Source: an uncultured bacterium
GTDB lineage: Bacteria > Bipolaricaulota > Bipolaricaulia > RBG-16-55-9 > DRJF01
DNA length: 64,000 nucleotides
Direction: 5' to 3'
Assembly (NCBI GenBank): GCA_913053845.1
Contig: CAJXGD010000006.1
Span: 713-64,712, forward strand
Position numbers and translations under genes: made by a program. The stretch's first letter is position 1, and each line of letters opens with the position of its first letter. This document shows positions 36,959 to 45,568 of this stretch, one piece after another. The notes beneath the pieces are model-generated. The model did no database searches. It was not told where the DNA came from and was given only the letters and a program-made list of their open reading frames with translations.

Positions 36959-37336
36959 GTGGCCCATCTGAAGTCCTTGCGTACTCGTTCTCTGGTGGAA
37001 TTCTCGCGGGATTGGCTAGCCTTTTACGCTGCCGAACGAGGCATCCAAATTGCCGTGCAGAATCTGTTGGACATTGGTGCGCATATCCTGGCCGATTTTG
37101 GGGATTCACAATGGGACGAATACAAGCAAATCCCGGTGGAGCTGGCCCGCTATGGCGTGGTTCCTCAGGAGTACGTAGAACGAGCTCAGCGGATGGCCGG
37201 AATGCGTAACCTGTTGGTCCATCAGTACACCGAAATTGACGTAGATCAAGTCTATGAGGTGCTCAAGAACCATCTGGATGACTTCGACCGCTTTGCTGCT
37301 TATGTTAAGGCCTACTTGGATCGGTCACCACCTTGA
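36959..37336 (+). CDS. HEPN-domain protein (HepT/DUF86-like toxin)
   Basis: 125 aa from a GTG start (the reading frame is open from 36902, so the true start may overlap the MNT stop); Rx4-6H motif RNLLVHQY near the C-terminus. Confidence 0.75.
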   Translation: MAHLKSLRTRSLVEFSRDWLAFYAAERGIQIAVQNLLDIGAHILADFGDSQWDEYKQIPVELARYGVVPQEYVERAQRMAGMRNLLVHQYTEIDVDQVYEVLKNHLDDFDRFAAYVKAYLDRSPP

Positions 37337-37346
37337 GCCTACCCTG

Positions 37347-37404
37347 GGTTCCGATTTCGATCTCAGGGTTGAGCTGAAGGATCATATCCTATGAGAGTTG
37401 CAGT
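37347..37404. repeat. direct repeat DR-R flanking the HEPN/MNT cassette
   Basis: Second copy (~85% identical over ~56 bp) beginning 11 nt after the HEPN stop and abutting the stop codon of the convergent FG-GAP gene. Confidence 0.6.
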
Positions 37405-39060
37405 TCAAAGATCGTTGGTAAACAGGGTGATCTCATCCGTGCCGAAGCCGATGACCGCCAAGTCCGGGAAACCCTCGCGGTCGAAATCTCCCAGCGCAAT
37501 GCCCGCCGGAGTGCCTCCGGCATGAAGCAGCTTGCGCCCACCGGCCAGAAATTCCCCGCTCGCATCGCCTAGCAGCACCGCCAGCGTGTCGTTGCCCCCG
37601 TTGGCCGTCACCAGGTCAAGCTGCCCATCACCGTTCAGATCGGCACTGGCCACCGCACGGACCTGTGAGCCCACCGGGATGATCACCCGCTGGTTAAAAT
37701 GGCCGCCGGGAGCACCGTGCAAGATGGTCAGATCGCCATCGGCAGAGTCGGCCACCGCCAAGTCCAGCCACCCATCGTGGTTGAAGTCGCCGGCAGCCAA
37801 CGCGGCCGGCCCACGGCCCACCGCCGTCTCCAGCGGCGCGGCAAAGTCGCCCCGACCGTCACCGATCAAGATGGCTACCGTATCGCCGAAGAAGTCGGCC
37901 ACGGCCAAATCCAGTCGCCCATCACCGTTGAAGTCGCCTGAGAGCAGCGCACTGGGCCAGCGGCCGGCCGGGGCATAGCGGGCCGGGGCGAAGCCACCTT
38001 GCCCATCTCCCAGCAGCAACCCGATGCGATTCTGCGGGGCATCGGCCACGGCCAGATCGAGATGGCCATCGTCGTTGAAGTCCCCCCAGCTCAGCGCCGA
38101 GACCGCTCCGGCCACCGGGAAATAGCGCAGTGGCTGAAAGCGCCCGGCCCCGCTGCCTAGCGCCAGGGAAATTTCTCCGGTCTCGAAGCTGCCGCTGGCC
38201 AGGTCCGGCAAACCGTCCTCATTGAAATCGGCCACTACCAGCGAAGAGGGCGCGTGGCGCACCGGGATATTGCCGATCTGGCTGAAGCGGCCATCGGGTT
38301 GCTGGATCAGCACCGAGATGTCGTTGCTGGCGATATTGGCCACTGCCAGGTCGAGTCGCCCGTCGCCGTCCAGATCGGCGCTGACCACTGCCACCGGCGA
38401 GCGACCCACCGGCTGGACCAGTTTCTCGCTGAAGCCGAGCGCCTGAATCTCCACCACGGCGCGATCGCTCAGGTCGGCCGCGCCGGTGACCGTCAGTGTG
38501 GCCCGGTAGCGCCCCCCACGGGCGTAACGGTGGCTCACTCGCATACCGTCGGCTCCACTGCCATCGCCAAACCCCCAATGATAGCCGATGATAACCCCGG
38601 CGTTGGGGCCGTCGGCCGGCCCCAGGGAACCGGAGCCGTCGAAGGTGACCGTCAGGGGCGCCCAGCCCCCGGTGGGACTGGCGATCAGCAGCGCCCGGGG
38701 CACCAGGTCTCCCACGGTGATGGTCAGCGCGGCCGCCCCGCTGCGCCCCCGATCGTCGCTGACCAGCAGGCGCACCCGATAGCGGCCCTTGCGGTTATAA
38801 CTGTGGATCACCTGGGAGCCTTGCGCTTGGCTACCATCGCCCAAACTCCATTGATAGCGCACCAGGGTTGCTCCGGCCGTGCCGCTCACCGAGGCTGAGC
38901 CGTCCAGATGCACCACCAGCGGCGGGGGCCCGCTGATCGGCGAGGCCTTGATCACCGCCAGCGGTGCCCCTGGCGGGCCCATCAGGCCACAGCCGCTCAA
39001 TACCAGCACCAGGCTGGCGCAGATGAGCATCAGTTTGAGCCAATTGGCAGCTTGTTTCAC
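37405..39060 (-). CDS. secreted lipoprotein with two PKD domains and FG-GAP/VCBS (integrin-alpha-like) repeats
   Basis: Lipobox LVLSGC; two PKD signatures (PLVVHLDGSASV..YQWSLGDGS; PLTVTFDGSGS..YHWGFGDGS); seven or more repeats of DFNxDGxLDLAVA. Confidence 0.7.
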   Translation of the reverse strand: MKQAANWLKLMLICASLVLVLSGCGLMGPPGAPLAVIKASPISGPPPLVVHLDGSASVSGTAGATLVRYQWSLGDGSQAQGSQVIHSYNRKGRYRVRLLVSDDRGRSGAAALTITVGDLVPRALLIASPTGGWAPLTVTFDGSGSLGPADGPNAGVIIGYHWGFGDGSGADGMRVSHRYARGGRYRATLTVTGAADLSDRAVVEIQALGFSEKLVQPVGRSPVAVVSADLDGDGRLDLAVANIASNDISVLIQQPDGRFSQIGNIPVRHAPSSLVVADFNEDGLPDLASGSFETGEISLALGSGAGRFQPLRYFPVAGAVSALSWGDFNDDGHLDLAVADAPQNRIGLLLGDGQGGFAPARYAPAGRWPSALLSGDFNGDGRLDLAVADFFGDTVAILIGDGRGDFAAPLETAVGRGPAALAAGDFNHDGWLDLAVADSADGDLTILHGAPGGHFNQRVIIPVGSQVRAVASADLNGDGQLDLVTANGGNDTLAVLLGDASGEFLAGGRKLLHAGGTPAGIALGDFDREGFPDLAVIGFGTDEITLFTNDL

Positions 39061-39128
39061 CGCTCACTCCCCGTGACTCGATTATGCCTATGATAATGAT
39101 TGATCGTCCCGGTGGCAATTCAACCCTC

Positions 39129-41339
39129 TCAGCGCCTGACTGCCAGCTTCTGCACCCCGCTGCTGACCGTCTGCCCCTGGGCGGTGTCAACCGTGACCAG
39201 ATAGAGATAGACCCCCGTGGCCACCGGGGCGCCCAGCCGATCCTGCTCTGACCAGACCAGCGCTCGCCTGATCGTGGCGCTGAAGCTGAAGACCACCCGC
39301 CCGGCCAGGTCGAATACCTGCAAGTGCCAGCCCCTCCCAGCCGCGCCGGGGGCCATAAGCGCCGACCAGAGATATCCTGAGGCCCGGCGCTGCGGTCTGA
39401 GCGCGGCCAGCTCGGCCCGCAGGGTTCGGCCCTGGCCGACCACTATCAGGCTGTCCCCCTCGACCGGCCGGCCATTGATCGTGCCCTTTAAGCGGTAGCG
39501 TCCTGGCTTGATCTCCGAGGAGAGCACCAGCGCGTAACGCAGCCAGATCGTCCGGCCCGGCGCGGCGGCCGGCCAACTCCAGGCCGAGCTTCCGGGGTCA
39601 AACTCTCCCCCGCCATTGTCCAGCGGCACGATGCGAAAACCCGCAGGCGGCTTCTCCTGCAGTCGCAGGCCGCCGAAGCGCCCCAGTGGCATTTGCAAAT
39701 TGATCGAGACGACCAGTCGCTCGCCAGGTCGGACAGCGGAGCCCGTATGCTGAACGTGACGTGCGGCGCTGGGCCAACCTAGGATCAAGTCTAGCTCGCC
39801 GGCCCCATAGGTGACGTCGGGACCGGGCGGGCCCAGATCGGTGGCGTCCCCGCGCAGAGCGGCCTTCAGTTGGGCGGTGCTCCAGCCGGGATGCTGCGAG
39901 AGCAGCAGTGCGGCCGCTCCGGCCACGTGCGGCGCGGCCGCCGAGGTCCCCAAGAAACCGCCGAATCTATTAGAGAAGAAAAGATTGTCTACCCCATCGG
40001 GTCCGACTAAATCCGGCTTGATGCGCCCATCGAAGGTGGGCCCCAGGGCGCTGAAGCTCTCCTGAGGGCCGCTGGACCAGCGCTCGCGATTGACCGCTCC
40101 CACGGCCAGCGTGCAGCTGCAGTCGGCCGGAGCGACGAGGCTGCCGTGGGGTATGGGCTTCTCAAAATATGCTCCCGACTCGATCTGAAAGAGCCGCAGC
40201 CACATCGGCCGCGTGGCCCAGTGGGCGCGGACCCGCACGAAATAGACACCGGGATGGTCAGCCACATATTGCAGCTCCTCGCGTGGTGGCTGGGTCCCCG
40301 TCTGGCGATTCTGAGAGCTGGCCAGCACCTTGCCACGGGCATCGGTGAGATAGAGATCGTAATCCTGATCGGTCGTCGGCCAGTCGTTCCAGACCAGCAC
40401 CAGGTCAATCAGGCCGCCAAGCGGCACTTTCAGCGCTAGCGACTGCTTCCCCAGGGCGAACTCGGCCCAACCGTCGTGGTTGCTGTCGCGGAAGCGGCCT
40501 ATCCAGTGCGCCTGTGCTTGATTGCCCGCCGCGTTGACCCAAAGGATCCCCGCGGCACGAGCTCGACGCGCTATCTCATTGATCAAACCCGTCCCGTCGT
40601 CGAAATCGGTATCGAACCAACCGAGCGAGCAATTGATCACCCGAACACCTAGCCGAATCGCATCATCCACGGCGTTCTCTAAGTCAACCTCATCGCCGAT
40701 CTTCATCAGATATAGCTGAGCACGCGGGGCCATCTCATGGACGATCTCGGCCACGGCGCTGCCATGCTCGCCGCCGGTCAGCAGTCCTTTGCCGGTATAG
40801 TCTTTTTTGAAGACGATCGCGCCGGCCGCCAGCACCCGGTGCTTCACCGCCCAGTAGAGCCCGGAGAAGCCGGCATCTATGATGGCTACCTTGACCCCTT
40901 GACCTTGGAAACCCTGGCTCTGGAAGAGCAGGCCACCGGTGGGCAGCAGCCCTTGGCTGAGCTGCAACTGACCCAGCGGCGCCCAGCGGTAGGGCCGACG
41001 GATATATCTGATGCCGGGGACACGGGTGGCGATCTCATTCAAGCGATCCAGCGGCAGGCGGGCGCGCAGCAGGTCGGATGAGCGCGCCTCGATCTGGGCG
41101 CCCAACTCTCGCAAGGCCGCTTGATCTATCGCGCCGCTCGCGCCTCCCAGGGGTTCGATGATCGCCGTGACAGAAGCACCCGGCCGGCTTGTGGCAGCCA
41201 GCCGGGCCAGCGAGCTCTCCAATTTGCCGCTCGGCGGAGGAGGGCCGGCTAAAGCGATGAAGGAGAGCGCAGCAAAGAGCAGCAGTAGGGGCGAAGCATT
41301 CGCAAGCCAAGAACGGCGTATCTTCTTGAATGCTTGCAC
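39129..41339 (-). CDS. subtilisin-like serine peptidase (S8) with T9SS-type C-terminal sorting-domain-like tail
   Basis: 736 aa; catalytic D (VAIIDAGF), H (HGSAVAEIV), S (GTSAAAPHVAGAAALL); C-terminal ~80 aa LQVFDLAGRVV..GVYLYLVTV..GQTVSSGVQKLAVRR shared with the three downstream paralogs; GTG start. Confidence 0.8.
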   Translation of the reverse strand: MQAFKKIRRSWLANASPLLLLFAALSFIALAGPPPPSGKLESSLARLAATSRPGASVTAIIEPLGGASGAIDQAALRELGAQIEARSSDLLRARLPLDRLNEIATRVPGIRYIRRPYRWAPLGQLQLSQGLLPTGGLLFQSQGFQGQGVKVAIIDAGFSGLYWAVKHRVLAAGAIVFKKDYTGKGLLTGGEHGSAVAEIVHEMAPRAQLYLMKIGDEVDLENAVDDAIRLGVRVINCSLGWFDTDFDDGTGLINEIARRARAAGILWVNAAGNQAQAHWIGRFRDSNHDGWAEFALGKQSLALKVPLGGLIDLVLVWNDWPTTDQDYDLYLTDARGKVLASSQNRQTGTQPPREELQYVADHPGVYFVRVRAHWATRPMWLRLFQIESGAYFEKPIPHGSLVAPADCSCTLAVGAVNRERWSSGPQESFSALGPTFDGRIKPDLVGPDGVDNLFFSNRFGGFLGTSAAAPHVAGAAALLLSQHPGWSTAQLKAALRGDATDLGPPGPDVTYGAGELDLILGWPSAARHVQHTGSAVRPGERLVVSINLQMPLGRFGGLRLQEKPPAGFRIVPLDNGGGEFDPGSSAWSWPAAAPGRTIWLRYALVLSSEIKPGRYRLKGTINGRPVEGDSLIVVGQGRTLRAELAALRPQRRASGYLWSALMAPGAAGRGWHLQVFDLAGRVVFSFSATIRRALVWSEQDRLGAPVATGVYLYLVTVDTAQGQTVSSGVQKLAVRR

Positions 41340-41356
41340 GAATGCTTCGCCCCTAC
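41285..41356. repeat. perfect 19-bp inverted repeat (AGTAGGGGCGAAGCATTCG / CGAATGCTTCGCCCCTACT) spanning the S8 gene start
   Basis: Arms at 41285-41303 (inside the signal-peptide codons) and 41338-41356 (start codon, RBS region and 3' end of the upstream gene), with a ~34-nt loop; same arm sequence as the element at 10306-10349. Confidence 0.5.
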
Positions 41357-41358
41357 TC

Positions 41359-43113
41359 TTATCTGAGGACGACCAGCTTTTTGACCCGACTGCTGAAGCT
41401 CTGTCCGTCCGCGCCCCGGACCGTCACGATATAGAGATAAACCCCGTTGGCCAGCGGCCGACCGGAGCGATCCAGCGGCCGGAAACGCAACCGGTTGCCG
41501 CTCCCTTGTAGGTCTGCGAGGGGACGGCCGTTCAGGCTGAAGAGCTGTAGCCTGACGTCGGCGATCCCCGCTCCTCGGACCTGCAATTCCGCCCGGCCAC
41601 CTGACAGCGAGCGCAGGCCGATGGAGCTTATCGCTAGAGGTGCCGCTGCCGCTGTGGGCTCTCTCATCATGCTCTGGCTGACTCCCAGGAAGCGGAGCAG
41701 GTCGCCCCAGAGGCCACCTACTGCCAGACTGGGCGGGCCGGGGGGCAGAAGCGAATTGTCCCAGCGGTTACGGTCCAGACCGGCGCTGAATAGCTTGCAA
41801 CTACCGGCCACTTTGACCCAGTAGCCCTTAAAATCATTGAGCGGCTCGCTGGGATCAATCGGCGCGTACTTGCTGCCATCGTACCACCAGGGCCCCGATT
41901 GCAGTTGACAGCCGCGAAAGATCGAGCCAATACGATTCCAGCTCTTGGAGGAGGAGATCAGATTCCAACCCTGATGCAACTCCAGATCCTGACGGACATT
42001 GGTGCCGGTCGCCTGCAGGGTGCAGGCGTTATCCACCTTGAGCCAATAACCCTTGGCCGGCTCCAGCTTGTTGGCCTGGATATAGCGGCTGCCGGTCCAC
42101 TCCCAAGGGCCGCTGGCGAACTGACAGGTGCCCTTCAGATCAGCCGGTGCAATGGTGCCCACCGGTGAGGAGATCATGTTCCAGCCGGCGTCGAGCCGCA
42201 AGATCAAGCCGGAGATCGGCACTGGAGGAGGCGGCGGCGCACCGGAGGTGGGCGGGCCGGACTCGCTGATGATGCTAAAACTGTCGGTGAGTGGGCGGTC
42301 ACTCAGGAAATTCGAGCCACAGTTGATCGGGATATCCCGTTGGCAAGGGCCGTTCTCTTTCAAAGGCGTATCGTCGGCCACCGCCAGCCGCAGCGAGACG
42401 TTAATCCGGCCGGCTGGAGCGTTGGAGCCGATGTCCACAGTGAAGTAGAGCAGCAGCGGCGTCGTCTCGCCACCCAGGCCGGCGGCGTAGACCGGCTGTA
42501 GGTTTTGGCTGGTCATGATCCAATCTTGCTGGCGCCCGAAGCGGGCGACGGCCTGCCCATTGCTGTTGGTAAATTGAACCGGCACCCGGGCTATCAGCTC
42601 GTTGGCCTGGAAGAGGATGCCATCTCCACCTCCACTAAAAGGAGGGAGAGGGAAGCCATCGGTGTAGACACGCAAAGTCTTGAGTGCCTTGGCGCCCGGT
42701 CCGCTAAAGGTGATCACCCCGCCCTTGATGCCGGTGGCCAGGCCATCGGCTCCGCCGGTCTTGGCCGGCTTGGGCGTGCAGCCTAAGATCGCCAAGCCGC
42801 CGGAGATGGCCATCGGCGTGCCCGGCAGAGAAGGGACGATCTTAGCGGTAGTATTATTCAGCACTCCGCCGTCACAGATGCCCACCACAATGGCCAGCGC
42901 CTCATCGGTGCCCGGGTTGATCTGTCGCGCTTGATCCCGTGTCAGCAGGTTGGTCAGGTGAATCACCTGGATGTCGCTCTCCGCTAGGCCGCTGCCGGCC
43001 AGATAGCCTGGTAAAGGCGCCGCTGAGGCCCTCCCGCCGCCGGTCCCAAATCCCACCAGCAGCAGGACGGACGACAGCAGCGCCACCAGAACAGTCCGCA
43101 TGCTATACTTCAT
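41359..43113 (-). CDS. secreted repeat protein, paralog 1 (shared N-terminal domain, 2 Trp/Cys-rich modules, T9SS-type CTD-like tail)
   Basis: 584 aa; signal peptide; N-terminal domain ~65% similar to paralog 2; two modules of the form GWNMISSPV..C..GPWEW.G..Y..A..LEPAKGYWLKV..C; CTD ..GVYLYIVTVRGADGQSFSSRVKKLVVLR. Confidence 0.6.
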   Translation of the reverse strand: MKYSMRTVLVALLSSVLLLVGFGTGGGRASAAPLPGYLAGSGLAESDIQVIHLTNLLTRDQARQINPGTDEALAIVVGICDGGVLNNTTAKIVPSLPGTPMAISGGLAILGCTPKPAKTGGADGLATGIKGGVITFSGPGAKALKTLRVYTDGFPLPPFSGGGDGILFQANELIARVPVQFTNSNGQAVARFGRQQDWIMTSQNLQPVYAAGLGGETTPLLLYFTVDIGSNAPAGRINVSLRLAVADDTPLKENGPCQRDIPINCGSNFLSDRPLTDSFSIISESGPPTSGAPPPPPVPISGLILRLDAGWNMISSPVGTIAPADLKGTCQFASGPWEWTGSRYIQANKLEPAKGYWLKVDNACTLQATGTNVRQDLELHQGWNLISSSKSWNRIGSIFRGCQLQSGPWWYDGSKYAPIDPSEPLNDFKGYWVKVAGSCKLFSAGLDRNRWDNSLLPPGPPSLAVGGLWGDLLRFLGVSQSMMREPTAAAAPLAISSIGLRSLSGGRAELQVRGAGIADVRLQLFSLNGRPLADLQGSGNRLRFRPLDRSGRPLANGVYLYIVTVRGADGQSFSSRVKKLVVLR

Positions 43114-43199
43114 GTTGACCTCCCCTTGGATTCATGTTGAGGGATAAATGCCTCGCAGCTTCTTTATACCTCAACCGGATAAGGGGAGGCACGACGGTC

Positions 43200-45425
43200 C
43201 TAACGTAATAGTAGGAGTTTCCGCACCTCGCTGCTGGTCGCCTGTCCGTCCGCGCCCTTGACCGTCACGATATAGAGATAGACCCCGTTGGCCAAGGGTC
43301 GCCCCTGCCGGCCGAGGGTGGCCAGATGCAACCGGTTGCCTCTCCCGCGCGCCTGGGCGACCAACGTGCCGGCCAGATCATAGAGGCGCAGCTCACTGTG
43401 CCCGATGCCTCTGCCAAGCACCTGCAGCTCAAGGCCTGACCCTACCTGACTGAGCCGAACGCCTTCCAGACGCAAGGGCACAGCCTGCTGTGCTATAGAG
43501 CTGAATTCAGAGGCCGGTGCTGCGCCCTTGCCGGACAGTCCTTGGCTGTTCACGTTGCAGCCCTGGCTCACCTTGGCCCAGTAGCCCTTAAAGCCGTTTA
43601 GCGGCGTGCCAGGGGCGATCTGCTTATACTGCTTGCCATTCCACCACCAGGGACCGGAGAGCAGCGTGCAGCCGCCGGTATTGAGCTGGTTCCAGCTCCC
43701 GGAAGATGAGATCAGATTCCAGCCGGGGCTCAGGGCCAGGCTCTGGGGAAAGCTCCCTGACGAAGGTGGAGTTTGCAGGGTGCAAGGCACTCCAACCTTG
43801 ACCCAATAGCCCTTAGCCGACTCCAGGGTAGATGCTTGCTCGTAACGGGTTCCGGTCCACCACCAGGGGCCGCTGCTGAAGAGACAGTCGCCCTGCACTG
43901 CCGAGAGGGGCACCGAGCGGATCGGAGAGGAGATCATGTTCCAGCCGACATGTAATTTGAGCGTGGGGCTCAAGCCGCCGGGAGGGGCGGGGGGTTGCGA
44001 TTGTAGGGGCGAAGCATTTTCAACTGGCAGCCGGGGTATGGGGTTGAGCTCAGGGACCCATGCTGCGCCCTTATCTTGCCCCTGCGCGCTCTGGCTGCTG
44101 ACGCTGCAACCGGCCCCGACCTTGACCCAATAGCCCTTGAAATCCTCCATGGAGGTGCCGGAAGCCACCTGCTGGTACCGGGTGCCGTCGTACCACCAGG
44201 GACCGGAGAGCAGCGTGCAGCCACCGGTATTAAGCTGGTTCCAACTCCCAGATGACGAGATCAAATTCCAGCCGCCGACCAAGCTTAGACTCTGCGGGGC
44301 GTTGCTGCCTGAGGCCTGCATGGTGCAAGCTCCGGCCACTTGGACCCAATAGCCCTTGGCCGGCTCGATGGTGCCCGCCTGCTGGTAGCTGGAGCCGCTC
44401 CACCACCAGGGGCCACCGGTGACGCTGCAGTTGCCTTGCAGCGAGCTGAGCGGCACCGAGCCCACCGGCGAGGAGATCATGTTCCAGCCGGCGTGCAGAC
44501 TCAATGAGAGCCCTCCGCCTGGCGGCGCCGGCGGCGGGGTTCCGCCACCTGGAGCGGCCCCGCCGACGATCTCGAAGCTGTTCATCTCCGGGCCGCTCTT
44601 CATGAAGTTCGAGCCACAGTTGATTCCTAACAACAGGAACCGAGCACAGATGCCGCCGGCTCCTTGCGCGGTATCATCGCCGGCGCCAACTCCCAAGGCG
44701 ACGTTGACACGGCCGCTGGTGGCATCTTGCCCGATGTCCACGGTGAAGTAAAGTAACTCCGGTCGCGTCTGACCGTTTACCCCAAATGCAACGACGGGTG
44801 CGCCGTTGCGGGCGGAGAGGATCTGCTCTTGAGTGCGACCGAACTGGGCGATCGCCTCGCCGGTGCCCGTATTGAACCGGGCGGTCACCTGTTGGATCAG
44901 CTCCGCCGGCTCAAAGAGCCGCCCATTGCCGCCGCCCTTGTAGGGACCTACCGGTGGCAGGACCGGGGCATCCACATACATACGCACGGTGCGAATGAAC
45001 CTGGCTCCCGGTCCGCTGAAGACGAGAATCGCGCTGTTGACTCCGGTGGCTAGCCCGTCCGAGCCACCTGTCAAGGCGCCTCCTGAGGGTATGCAGGGAA
45101 TGGCTGCCAGGCCGCCGGCGATGGTCGCGGTGGCTCCGGCGACCGGCACCAGCAGGGTGGCGCTGGTGTTGGCCAGTACGCCCCCGTCGCAGATGCCGAC
45201 CATGATGGCCAGCACCCCGCTGGTGCCAGGTGTGATCTGGGTACCGCGATTTCGGGTGAGCAGTCCGGAGATATGAATCGTCTGAATGTCGGACTCGGCG
45301 TTGCCGCTGCCGTTGGAGAGATTCGGAATGGGTGAGGCCCCGGCAGTTGCAGCCGGACCGAATGAGGTAATGATTAGTGCCAATACTACGAAGGCTAAGC
45401 TGAACGCCTTGAGTTTGAGATTCAT
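43200..45425 (-). CDS. secreted repeat protein, paralog 2 (4 Trp/Cys-rich modules, T9SS-type CTD-like tail)
   Basis: 741 aa; signal peptide; the same N-terminal domain as paralog 1; four modules (two near-identical pairs separated by Pro/Gly linkers); CTD ..GVYLYIVTVKGADGQATSSEVRKLLLLR. Confidence 0.6.
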   Translation of the reverse strand: MNLKLKAFSLAFVVLALIITSFGPAATAGASPIPNLSNGSGNAESDIQTIHISGLLTRNRGTQITPGTSGVLAIMVGICDGGVLANTSATLLVPVAGATATIAGGLAAIPCIPSGGALTGGSDGLATGVNSAILVFSGPGARFIRTVRMYVDAPVLPPVGPYKGGGNGRLFEPAELIQQVTARFNTGTGEAIAQFGRTQEQILSARNGAPVVAFGVNGQTRPELLYFTVDIGQDATSGRVNVALGVGAGDDTAQGAGGICARFLLLGINCGSNFMKSGPEMNSFEIVGGAAPGGGTPPPAPPGGGLSLSLHAGWNMISSPVGSVPLSSLQGNCSVTGGPWWWSGSSYQQAGTIEPAKGYWVQVAGACTMQASGSNAPQSLSLVGGWNLISSSGSWNQLNTGGCTLLSGPWWYDGTRYQQVASGTSMEDFKGYWVKVGAGCSVSSQSAQGQDKGAAWVPELNPIPRLPVENASPLQSQPPAPPGGLSPTLKLHVGWNMISSPIRSVPLSAVQGDCLFSSGPWWWTGTRYEQASTLESAKGYWVKVGVPCTLQTPPSSGSFPQSLALSPGWNLISSSGSWNQLNTGGCTLLSGPWWWNGKQYKQIAPGTPLNGFKGYWAKVSQGCNVNSQGLSGKGAAPASEFSSIAQQAVPLRLEGVRLSQVGSGLELQVLGRGIGHSELRLYDLAGTLVAQARGRGNRLHLATLGRQGRPLANGVYLYIVTVKGADGQATSSEVRKLLLLR

Positions 45426-45448
45426 CTATGTTCCCCCTTGATTATACG

Positions 45449-45565
45449 CCGGGGATTGAAATCCCCGGCTACGGTGAGGCATAAAACCCCTACGGGGTTC
45501 CAGGTCGTGAACCCTCGTGAGAGGGTTTCCCTGACGTCACGTAGCCGGGAAATTCATTTCCCGGT
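45449..45565. repeat. structured intergenic element, copy A (four hairpins plus a closing long-range helix)
   Basis: Hairpins CCGGGGA-TTGAAA-TCCCCGG, CCCC-TA-GGGG, AACCCTC-GTGA-GAGGGTT, CCGGGAAA-TTCA-TTTCCCGG; CCGGCTACG pairs with the distal CGTAGCCGG; ~80% identical to copy B at 61361-61474 with compensatory changes. Confidence 0.45.
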
Positions 45566-45568
45566 CTC

